A DNA stretch of 50,204 nucleotides, from positions 1 to 50,204 of the forward strand of contig DATEKI010000280.1 in assembly GCA_035277545.1 (NCBI GenBank), written 5' to 3'. Of the stretch, positions 25,795 to 33,779 are shown piece after piece (position 1 is the stretch's first letter; each line of letters opens with the position of its first letter). The notes beneath the pieces are model-generated. The model was not told where the DNA came from, searched no databases, and saw nothing but the letters and a program-made list of their open reading frames with translations. The position numbers and the translations under genes are program-made. This DNA is from Rhodanobacteraceae bacterium (GTDB lineage: Bacteria; Pseudomonadota; Gammaproteobacteria; Xanthomonadales; Rhodanobacteraceae).

Positions 25795-26262
25795 TCAGGG
25801 CGTGACAGTTGTCAGCACTTTCACGTAACGCCAGCCATCCGCGCCGTCCTCGTAGAACCCAGGCAACCGCGCGATCCGCCTGTAACCGCGCCGCTCGTAC
25901 AGCGCGATCGCGGCCGGATTGTCGCTGCGTACTTCCAGGCGCATCGACGTGCAGCCGCGTGTGCGGGCGTCGGTTTCCGCTGCGGCCAGGAGCGCGCCGC
26001 CGAGCCCCGTGCCGCGCGCGTGCGAACCGACCGCGAGCGAGTACAACCGCGCCGTCCGTGCGTTGCGGCGATAGAACACCACGGCGGCAGCGTCGGCCCT
26101 GCCGGGCGTGCCGCCCACGAACACCGCCGCACTGCTGCTTTCGATGTGGCGGCGCCACTGCGCGCGGCTGATGCGATCGCTGTCGAAGGTGGCTTCCTCC
26201 AACGCAAGCAATGCGTCGACGTCGGCGCGGGTGGCGCGGCGGATGGAATGGCGGGTTTGCAT
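25795..26262 (-). CDS. GNAT-family N-acetyltransferase (RimI-like, 155 aa)
   Basis: MQTRHSIRRATRADVDALLALEEATF opens the protein, and the acetyl-CoA-binding motif is LAVGSHARGTGLGGALLAAAE ... AIALYERRGY. The internal ATG 26262 is chosen because the upstream ORF extension is Arg/Gly-rich and looks like an artefact. Confidence 0.8.
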   Translation of the reverse strand: MQTRHSIRRATRADVDALLALEEATFDSDRISRAQWRRHIESSSAAVFVGGTPGRADAAAVVFYRRNARTARLYSLAVGSHARGTGLGGALLAAAETDARTRGCTSMRLEVRSDNPAAIALYERRGYRRIARLPGFYEDGADGWRYVKVLTTVTP

Positions 26263-26423
26263 GCGCGCAGCGTAGGCGGCGTGTCCGCGCGCTTGCAAGC
26301 CTGAACACGCGCCGGCCAGGCGACCGCTGCCCCTTGCGTTCCCGGACCCGCGTGCCGACACTGCGCGGACCGTCGCCCGGCCATTCGCGTCCCGGGCCCG
26401 AGAACAGGATCGGGAAGCTTGCA

Positions 26424-27905
26424 ATGAGTCGGCTCGCCATCGTTGTCGAAAAGGCCTCGGATTGGGGTTCCTACTATCCGTCCGACAACGTCGTCACCGC
26501 GATGCAGTACCTGCGCGAGCCGCTGGGCGGCGACGAGCGCACCCACGTCATCAACCTGTGCCGCAGCTACAAGTACCTCGGCGTCGGCCACTACGTTTCG
26601 CTGCTGGGCGAGGCGCGCGGACATCGCGTGATTCCCTCGGTACGCACGATCAGCGACCTGCGCAAGCGCGCGCTGTACAACCTCGACGTCGAGGATCTCA
26701 ACCAGAAGCTCACGCATTTCCTGCCGGTGGGCGGCCAGGACACCACCGACCTCGGCATCCTGGTCTATTTCGGCGTCACTTCGTATCCCGCGCTGCAGGA
26801 CCTGGCGCGACAGGTGTTCGAGACGTTTCCGTGCCCGTTGTTGCGCATCGAGTTCGAGCGCGACCGGGTGTGGCAGATCAGCGCGATCAAGCCGGTCGGC
26901 CTGCACACGCTGGACGACGCACAGGAAGACGGGTTCGCGCAGGCGCTGGACGCATTCTCGAAACGGTTGTGGCGCAAACCGCGTGCGCGCAAGCCGTCGC
27001 GTTACGACCTTGCGATGCTGGTCAACCCCAAGGAAGCGATGCCGCCGTCGAACGCGCGCGCGCTGAAGCAGTTCATCGCCGCGGGCAGGGATCTCGGCAT
27101 CGAGGTGGATCCGATCCAGAAGCATGACTATCCGCGCCTGGCCGAATACGACGGCCTGTTCATCCGCGAAACCACCGCGCCCGACGACCATACCTACCGC
27201 TTTGCGCACAAGGCCGAGCGCGAAGGCATGGTGGTGGTCGACGACCCCACCTCGATCCTGCGTTGCACCAACAAGATCTATCTGAACGACCTGCTGCGCG
27301 CGCACAAGATCGCGGTGCCGCGTTCCGAGGTGTTGTATCGCGAGGATTCGAAACAGCTGCGCGAGCTGCCGGAAAAGCTCGGCTTTCCGTTGGTGCTGAA
27401 GATCCCGGACGGTTCGTTCTCGCGCGGCGTGATCAAGGTGGACGACCAGGAGCAGCTGGCCAAGGCGGCTGCGCACCTGTTCCAGAGCACCGCGCTGCTG
27501 ATCGCGCAAGAGTTCCTTTACACCGAATTCGACTGGCGTATCGGCGTGCTCAACCGCAAGGCGCTCTACGCCTGCAAATACTTCATGTCACGCGGGCACT
27601 GGCAGATCTACAACCACAGTGCGCGCGGCAGCGCCCGTTCGGGCGGCTTCGAGTGCCTCAAGATCGACGAGGCACCGGCGGATGTCATCAAGCTGGCCCT
27701 GCGTGGCGCAGGCGCGATCGGCAATGGCCTGTATGGCGTCGACATCAAGCAGACCCACGACCGCACGGTGCTGATCGAGGTGAACGACAACCCCTCCATC
27801 GACGCCGGCGTGGAAGATGCCGAGTTGGGCGACGAGCTTTACCGCCGCGTGATGCACGAATTGTTGCGGCGGATGGAGGCGAAGCGGAACGGCGTCGCTG
27901 CCTGA
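26424..27905 (+). CDS. RimK-family ATP-grasp ligase with an extra N-terminal (RLAN-like) domain, 493 aa
   Basis: The C-terminal ~300 aa have ATP-grasp motifs (KLGFPLVLKIPDGSFSRGV, LIAQEFLYTEFDWRIGVLN, GLYGVDIKQTHDRTVLIEVNDNPSID). The N-terminal ~190 aa form an additional domain. It is divergent from the GNAT gene across a 161-bp spacer. Confidence 0.85.
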   Translation: MSRLAIVVEKASDWGSYYPSDNVVTAMQYLREPLGGDERTHVINLCRSYKYLGVGHYVSLLGEARGHRVIPSVRTISDLRKRALYNLDVEDLNQKLTHFLPVGGQDTTDLGILVYFGVTSYPALQDLARQVFETFPCPLLRIEFERDRVWQISAIKPVGLHTLDDAQEDGFAQALDAFSKRLWRKPRARKPSRYDLAMLVNPKEAMPPSNARALKQFIAAGRDLGIEVDPIQKHDYPRLAEYDGLFIRETTAPDDHTYRFAHKAEREGMVVVDDPTSILRCTNKIYLNDLLRAHKIAVPRSEVLYREDSKQLRELPEKLGFPLVLKIPDGSFSRGVIKVDDQEQLAKAAAHLFQSTALLIAQEFLYTEFDWRIGVLNRKALYACKYFMSRGHWQIYNHSARGSARSGGFECLKIDEAPADVIKLALRGAGAIGNGLYGVDIKQTHDRTVLIEVNDNPSIDAGVEDAELGDELYRRVMHELLRRMEAKRNGVAA

Positions 27906-27912
27906 CCAGGCC

Positions 27913-28230
27913 TCAGGCCGCGCGGCGCGCATGTCCGCCTGGACGGTTGCCGGTTTTGTGGCGCCGGAGCGCCTGCGCGTTCTTGTGCTTTGCGAAACGT
28001 GCAATTCGTTGTGGCGCTGTTTGCGTGCGGGGCAGGAATGCTTGTCTTGCAATCAGCACAATGCACGGCGCCACGACCAGCCAGAACACCGGCGACCAGC
28101 CGAGCGCCGCATCGCGCCAGGGCAAAGGGGTCAAGCCGAACAGCACGATGCCGCAGGCAAGCCAGGTCGCGGTGGCAAGCGTGAGGCCGTCGTACAGGCG
28201 GGTGGATTCGGGCGTTGTGTGGCGGCGCAT
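27913..28230 (-). CDS. Hypothetical small membrane protein (105 aa, two predicted TM helices)
   Basis: ATG 28230 is preceded by GAGGAA. The hydrophobic segments are LTLATATWLACGIVLFGL and WSPVFWLVVAPCIVLIA. No family was recognised, so this is a weak call. Confidence 0.4.
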   Translation of the reverse strand: MRRHTTPESTRLYDGLTLATATWLACGIVLFGLTPLPWRDAALGWSPVFWLVVAPCIVLIARQAFLPRTQTAPQRIARFAKHKNAQALRRHKTGNRPGGHARRAA

Positions 28231-28318
28231 GGTGGGGTTCCTCGGCGGCGATGGAGCCATCCTGCCCGACCGCCGTCTCACGGATCGGGACGCGGGGCTT
28301 TGCCCGTAAACTGCAACC

Positions 28319-29140
28319 ATGCCCGACGTTTCCCGTTACGCCGTTTTCGGCCATCCCATCGCGCATTCCCTGTCGCCGCGCCTGCACGCGTTGTTCGCGG
28401 CGCAAACCGGTGTCGCGCTGGAGTACATCGCCATCGACGCCGCGCCGGATGAATTCGAGCATGCGGTCCGGGATTTCTTCGCGCTTGGCGGCCGTGGCGC
28501 GAACGTCACCCTGCCGCACAAGGCCGCGGCGTTCGCGCTGGCGGATGCACACACCGGCATCGCGCGGCGCCTCGGCGTGGCGAATGTGCTGACGGCGTTG
28601 CCGGATGGCCGCATCGAAGCGGACAACAACGACGGTGCCGGGATGCTGGCGGACCTGCGCGCACGCTTCGGTGTCGATCCACGTGGACGCGACGTGCTGT
28701 TGCTGGGCGCCGGCGGCGCGGCGTACGCGGCGGCCTTCGCCTTGCTGGACGCCGGTGTCCGAAGCCTGGCGATCGCCAACCGGACGTCGTCGCGCGCACG
28801 CATGCTGGCCGAGGCACTTTCCGGATCGAAACAGGTACACACGCTCGAATGGGATGCACTCGACCGTTGCGGGGTATTCGGCCTGATCGTCAACGCGACG
28901 TCGGCAGGGGTGCGGGACGACGCGCTGGCATTGCCGCGATCGCTGGTGCACGCGCGCACGTTCGCCTACGACCTGAGCTACGGTCCGGCCGCGCGACCCT
29001 TCGTCGAATGGGCCGAAGATTCGGGCTGCGCGGCGGCCGATGGTCTCGGGATGCTAGTCGGAACCGCGGCGGCTTCATTCGAGCGTTGGCACGGCGTGAG
29101 GCCGGATGTTGACGCGGCGTTGCGCGATTTGACCCGGTAG
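28319..29140 (+). CDS. aroE: Shikimate dehydrogenase
   Basis: YAVFGHPIAHSLSPRLHALFAAQTG, NVTLPHK, DNNDGAG and the NADP-binding LLLGAGGAAYAAAFAL are all present. Confidence 0.9.
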   Translation: MPDVSRYAVFGHPIAHSLSPRLHALFAAQTGVALEYIAIDAAPDEFEHAVRDFFALGGRGANVTLPHKAAAFALADAHTGIARRLGVANVLTALPDGRIEADNNDGAGMLADLRARFGVDPRGRDVLLLGAGGAAYAAAFALLDAGVRSLAIANRTSSRARMLAEALSGSKQVHTLEWDALDRCGVFGLIVNATSAGVRDDALALPRSLVHARTFAYDLSYGPAARPFVEWAEDSGCAAADGLGMLVGTAAASFERWHGVRPDVDAALRDLTR

Positions 29141-29222
29141 GAGCGCGCCGGCCCGAAACGCCGTCTTTTCGTTCGCGCGCGACCTTGCGTGTTCGAACAT
29201 CTGTCGCGGGCATGATCCGCTC

Positions 29223-29762
29223 CTACGACAATGCGGCGAGGTATTCGTCCTTCAGCTTGACGTAATGCGCAGCCGAATAACGCAGCGCCTCGATTTCACC
29301 ATCGCCCAGCTTGCGCACGCAGCGTGCGGGGTTGCCGATCCACAGTTCGCCTTCGCCCACGACCTTGCCGGGCGCGACCAGCGCGCCGGCGCCGACGAAC
29401 GCGTGGCGCCGCACCACCGCACCATCCAGGATCGTGGCGTGCATCCCGATCAGGCAGCAGTCGTCCACGGTGCAGGCGTGCACCACAGCGCCGTGGCCGA
29501 TGGTGACGTCCGCGCCGATGATGCAGGGATGGCCGCCGGGTGTGTACGGGCCGTCGTGGGTCACGTGCAGCACCGCGCCGTCCTGGACGTTGCTGCGCGC
29601 GCCGATGCGGATCCTTTCCACGTCGCCGCGCACCACCGCCACGGGCCAGATCGATACGTCATCGCCAAGTTCGACGTCGCCGATCACCGTGGCCGCGGGG
29701 TCGATGTACACCCGCGCGCCGGGTTTCGGCAGCACGCCACGGTAGGCACGCAGGTTGTTCAC
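29223..29762 (-). CDS. Gamma-class carbonic anhydrase-family / hexapeptide-repeat protein (YrdA/PaaY-like)
   Basis: NNLRAYRGVLPKPGARVYIDPAATVIGDVELGDDVSIWPVAVVRGD is a left-handed beta-helix repeat. The GTG start at 29762 has GGAGGGGAAGAGGG upstream. The longer ORF to 30113 is an artefact overlapping the patatin gene. Confidence 0.85.
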   Translation of the reverse strand: MNNLRAYRGVLPKPGARVYIDPAATVIGDVELGDDVSIWPVAVVRGDVERIRIGARSNVQDGAVLHVTHDGPYTPGGHPCIIGADVTIGHGAVVHACTVDDCCLIGMHATILDGAVVRRHAFVGAGALVAPGKVVGEGELWIGNPARCVRKLGDGEIEALRYSAAHYVKLKDEYLAALS

Positions 29763-29793
29763 ACGCCCTCTTCCCCTCCGAAGCGCGAAGCGG

Positions 29794-31614
29794 TCATCGT
29801 AACGGCGGGGTGGCGCTCGCGGAACGCCCGGCGCCTCCACTTTCGCGAACGGGGGTGGCGCGGCGCAGTGCATCGCGCGTGCAGCGATAGCCGAGCTCGA
29901 TCGCGCGGTCGAACTTGTGCCAGTCGAACAGGCCGATCTGCTGCATGTCCGGACGCAACAGCAGGTCTGCAAGCGCGCGGCGGCGCGCGCTGCCGGTTTC
30001 CGAGTTGACCATGCCGGCGCGCACCAGGATGGCGAAGGCGCTCGGCCGCAGATCGGGGCGATGGCGCTGTGCCCACAACGCCGGCAACGCCGGCGAAGCC
30101 GCTTCGTCGACACCGGCCGTCAGGGTATCGTCGGCCCCGATGTCCACGGCGATCACGCGGCCATGGCTTTCCTCGGCCAGCACGTCGGTAGGCAGGTTGT
30201 TGATGATCGCGCCGTCCACGTATACATGGCGATCGTGGAACAGCGGCGGCAGCACGCCCGGCACCGCGCTGGAGGCGCGCAACCAGCGCCACAGCAGGCC
30301 GTCGCGATGCACCGCGGTGGTGCCCTCGGTCAGGTCCGCCGACACGCACGCGAAGCGGATCGGCAAGTCCTCGATGTCGATTTCACCAAAGGCTTCGCGC
30401 AGCAGCATCGTGGTGCGCGCGCCGCGCGTGAGCGCGACCAGCGGCAGGGTCCAGTCGCGCAACGGGCGGCCATCGACCAGTGCGCGCCGGTACGCCTCGC
30501 GCATCTTGGCGTCGTCCCACTCGTAGGCGATGCCCGCGCCGATGATCGCGCCGATGCTGGTGCCGACCACGGTGTCGATCAGGATTCCGGTTTCGCGCAA
30601 TGCCTGGATCACGCCGATCTGCGCGAAGCCGCGCGCGCCGCCACCGGAAAGCACGAGCCCCGTGCTGCGGCCGGACAGCAGGCGCGCGATCCGCGCGACA
30701 TCGCCCTGGTACCGCCAGTGGTAATGCTGCAACCCGTCGCGATCCAGGGCCGCGCACCAGGCGCGGGCCGCGCCGTAGATGAACTTGCCGGGCGGATGCC
30801 GGAGCACCAGGTGGCGCGGGCGATGGTGCGTGTATTCGGCGGCGGATTCGCGCCTGAAGGCGCCCGCGCCCGGTGACTCGCCGATCGGGTAGGGCCATGC
30901 GGTGGCGGGTTGGCCGGCGTCGACCAGCAGCAACAGGGCGTCGGCCTGGCGGCGGCACAACTGCCGCCACGACGCGTCGCCGTTGTCGACGTACAGCACG
31001 AAGCGCGATTCGGCTTCGCGGGCTGCGAACCATTCGCTGTCGTGACCGCGGCCGAGGTTCGCGTCGACCACCGCGCATGCGCCGTGCCCGATCAACTGGT
31101 GCTGGAGTTCCATCGCGAAGGTGTGCGCGTCGATGCCGGCGTCGAAGGGCAGGATCGCGAAGGTGCGCGGCGGACTGGGCAGGTCGTCGTTCTGGAGGTG
31201 GCGCACCGCGACTCGCGCGGCCTCGAGCATTGCCCGCGGATGCCGCGCGACCAGGTCCTCGTAGCGCTCGCGCGACAGGCGCAGCAATTCCGAATCGCGC
31301 AGGGCACGCACGCTGTGCGTGCGCGGCTCGCCGCTGATCAATCCGACCTCGCCCAGCGTGGTGCCGGCAGGAAGCACGCCGAGCATGCGCGCCGGGCCGC
31401 CGATCCGCGGTACGCCGAATACGCCGAGGCTGCCGGACTTCAGCAGGTACAGGGCATCGGAGGGTTCGCCGCGCAGGTACAGTGGCGCGCCTCCCGGCAG
31501 CCATAGCCATGCCATCTCGCGGGCCAGCACGTCCAGCTCATGTGCATTCAAGTGGCCGAAGACCGCGGTGTTCCCCAGCAGCGCGCGCAGGCCCGGATCC
31601 GCCAAGGTGTCCAT
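29794..31614 (-). CDS. Cyclic-nucleotide-binding-domain / patatin-like phospholipase fusion protein (NTE/RssA-like)
   Basis: The N-terminal cNMP-binding fold is FGHLNAHELDVLA...LYLLKSGSLGVF...GEVGLISGEPRTHSVRA. The patatin motifs are LVLSGGGARGFAQIGV (oxyanion hole), VGTSIGAIIG (GxSxG) and VDGAIINNLP (catalytic Asp). The start is ATG 31614. Confidence 0.85.
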   Translation of the reverse strand: MDTLADPGLRALLGNTAVFGHLNAHELDVLAREMAWLWLPGGAPLYLRGEPSDALYLLKSGSLGVFGVPRIGGPARMLGVLPAGTTLGEVGLISGEPRTHSVRALRDSELLRLSRERYEDLVARHPRAMLEAARVAVRHLQNDDLPSPPRTFAILPFDAGIDAHTFAMELQHQLIGHGACAVVDANLGRGHDSEWFAAREAESRFVLYVDNGDASWRQLCRRQADALLLLVDAGQPATAWPYPIGESPGAGAFRRESAAEYTHHRPRHLVLRHPPGKFIYGAARAWCAALDRDGLQHYHWRYQGDVARIARLLSGRSTGLVLSGGGARGFAQIGVIQALRETGILIDTVVGTSIGAIIGAGIAYEWDDAKMREAYRRALVDGRPLRDWTLPLVALTRGARTTMLLREAFGEIDIEDLPIRFACVSADLTEGTTAVHRDGLLWRWLRASSAVPGVLPPLFHDRHVYVDGAIINNLPTDVLAEESHGRVIAVDIGADDTLTAGVDEAASPALPALWAQRHRPDLRPSAFAILVRAGMVNSETGSARRRALADLLLRPDMQQIGLFDWHKFDRAIELGYRCTRDALRRATPVRESGGAGRSASATPPLR

Positions 31615-31681
31615 GTCCGCCGATCCTATCTTGATTTTGCAACAGGCGAGCGCCACGCTGTGGAATCCCCCGGAGCCACGC

Positions 31682-33727
31682 ATGCCCACCGAAAATCCCC
31701 TGCTCAGCAATGCGGCATTGCCCGCGTTTTCGAAAATCCGTGCGGCCGACGTGGTGCCCGCGATCGATACGGTCCTGGCCGATTACCAGTCCGGCATCGA
31801 TCGGTTGACCGCCGCCGGCGCGCCAGGCGACTTCGAGCACGTGATGCTGGAACAGGAACGCCTTGACCAGCGCCTTTCGCATGCGTGGGCACCGGTGTCG
31901 CACCTGCACGCGGTCGCGGACAACAAGGAATTGCGCGCGGCCTACGAGCAGGCCGAGGAAAGGATCACCGATTTCGCCAGCGCGCTGGGACAGAACCGCG
32001 ACCTGTACGCCAAGGTGCAGGCGGTTGCCGATGCGCCGGGCTTCGTGCGGCGGTCACCCCCGGAACGCGCGCTGGTCGAACATGCACTGCGCGACTTCAG
32101 GTTGTCGGGCGTCGCGTTGGAAGAACCCGCGCGCACGCGCTTCCGCGAAATCGCCAACGAGCTGTCCAGGCTCACCACCGCATTCTCGAACGCCGTGCTG
32201 GACGCGACCGACGCGTGGCAGGAACACATCGAGGACGAGCGCGACCTCGCAGGCATCCCCGAGTCCGGACGCTCGGTGCTGCGCGAATACGCGCGCGAGC
32301 ACGATCTCGACGGCTGGCTGGTGACGTTGAAGCAGCCGGCCGTGCAGGCGGTGCTCACCTACGCGGACAATCGGGGCCTGCGCGAACGCGTGTACTGGGC
32401 GTACCAGACGCGCGCGTCGGACCAGGGGCCGGACGCCGGCAAGTTCGACAATTCGGAACGCATGGAGAAGATCCTGGCGTTGCGCTTCGAGGCCGCGCAA
32501 CTGCTGGGCTTCGCCAACGCGGCGGAAGAATCGCTGGCGACCAAGATGGCGGAAACGCCGGATGAAGTGCTGGCTTTCCTGCGTGACCTTGTTGCGCGCG
32601 CCAGGCCGGTCGCGCAACGCGAGCTCGAAGAGCTGCGCGAATTCGCGCGCAACGAACTCGGGCTGGAAACACTCGAATCCTGGGATGTCGCGTACGCGTC
32701 TGAGAAATTGCGCATCGCGCGTTACGCGCTGGACGAGGAACAACTGAAGGCGTATTTCCCGCTGCCTTCGGTGATGGATGGCATGTTCGCGCTCGCCGGC
32801 CGGCTGTACGGCATCAGCGTCGAACCGGCGCGCGAAGCCGTGGACACGTGGCACCCCGACGTGCGCTATTGCGAAGTACGTGGTGTCGATGGCAAGCCCG
32901 TCGCGGGCGTCTACCTCGATCTGTACGCGCGCAGCGGCAAGCGCGGCGGCGCCTGGATGGACGTATGCCGAGCGCGCTTCCGCGACGGCGACGGCGTGCA
33001 ATTGCCGATCGCGTTCCTCACCTGCAATTTCGCTCCGCCGGATGGCCAGCGTCCATCGCTGCTGACCCACGACGACGTGCAGACGCTGTTCCACGAGTTC
33101 GGCCACGGCCTGCACCACATGCTGACCCGCATCGACCTGCCTTCGATCGGCGGCATCGACGGCGTGGAATGGGATGCGGTGGAACTGCCCAGCCAGTTCA
33201 TGGAGAACTTCTGCTGGAACCGGCAGGCGCTGGATCTGTTTGCCAAACACTGGTCGAGCGGGGAGCGGCTCCCCGATGAATTGTTCGGCAAGATGCTCGC
33301 GGCGCGCCATTTCCAGGCGGGCATGTTCCTGTGCCGTCAATTGGAATTCGGCCTGTTCGATTTCATGCTGCATGCGACCTACGATCCGGCGCGCGGCGCG
33401 CGCGTGATGGAAACACTGGAAGCCGCGCGGCGCGAAGCGGCGGTGCTGCACCCGCCCGCGTGGCAACGTTTCCCGCATGCGTTCACGCACATCTTCGCGG
33501 GTGGATACGCAGCAGGCTATTACAGCTACCTGTGGGCCGAGGTCCTGTCGGCCGACGTGTTCGGTGCGTTCGAGGAGCATGGCGTGATCGATGCCGCGAC
33601 CGGTGCCCGTTTCCGCGATGAGTTCCTGGGCGTGGGCGCGAGCCGGCCAGCACTCGAAAGCTTCATCGCATTCCGCGGGCGTGCGCCGCAACCGGAAGCG
33701 CTGTTGCGCTCCTACGGACTGCAGTGA
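31682..33727 (+). CDS. prlC: Oligopeptidase A (M3-family zinc metallopeptidase)
   Basis: MPTENPLLSNAALPAFSKIRAADVVPAID opens the protein, and the zinc motif is LFHEFGHGLHHM. The length of 681 aa fits. The internal ATG 31682 is chosen over the ORF start at 31319. Confidence 0.9.
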   Translation: MPTENPLLSNAALPAFSKIRAADVVPAIDTVLADYQSGIDRLTAAGAPGDFEHVMLEQERLDQRLSHAWAPVSHLHAVADNKELRAAYEQAEERITDFASALGQNRDLYAKVQAVADAPGFVRRSPPERALVEHALRDFRLSGVALEEPARTRFREIANELSRLTTAFSNAVLDATDAWQEHIEDERDLAGIPESGRSVLREYAREHDLDGWLVTLKQPAVQAVLTYADNRGLRERVYWAYQTRASDQGPDAGKFDNSERMEKILALRFEAAQLLGFANAAEESLATKMAETPDEVLAFLRDLVARARPVAQRELEELREFARNELGLETLESWDVAYASEKLRIARYALDEEQLKAYFPLPSVMDGMFALAGRLYGISVEPAREAVDTWHPDVRYCEVRGVDGKPVAGVYLDLYARSGKRGGAWMDVCRARFRDGDGVQLPIAFLTCNFAPPDGQRPSLLTHDDVQTLFHEFGHGLHHMLTRIDLPSIGGIDGVEWDAVELPSQFMENFCWNRQALDLFAKHWSSGERLPDELFGKMLAARHFQAGMFLCRQLEFGLFDFMLHATYDPARGARVMETLEAARREAAVLHPPAWQRFPHAFTHIFAGGYAAGYYSYLWAEVLSADVFGAFEEHGVIDAATGARFRDEFLGVGASRPALESFIAFRGRAPQPEALLRSYGLQ

Positions 33728-33779
33728 AGGTGTCATGTCGCGCTGCGATAATCCCGTGCATATGAGACAAGGCTGATCC

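Noticed and set aside
29794-31614. The patatin phospholipase as a CBASS effector (CapV).
   Set aside because: No CD-NTase or cyclase gene and no Cap2/Cap3-like genes are linked. The sensor is a CAP-type cNMP-binding domain, as in NTE/RssA-like proteins, so I report it only as a low-interest observation.
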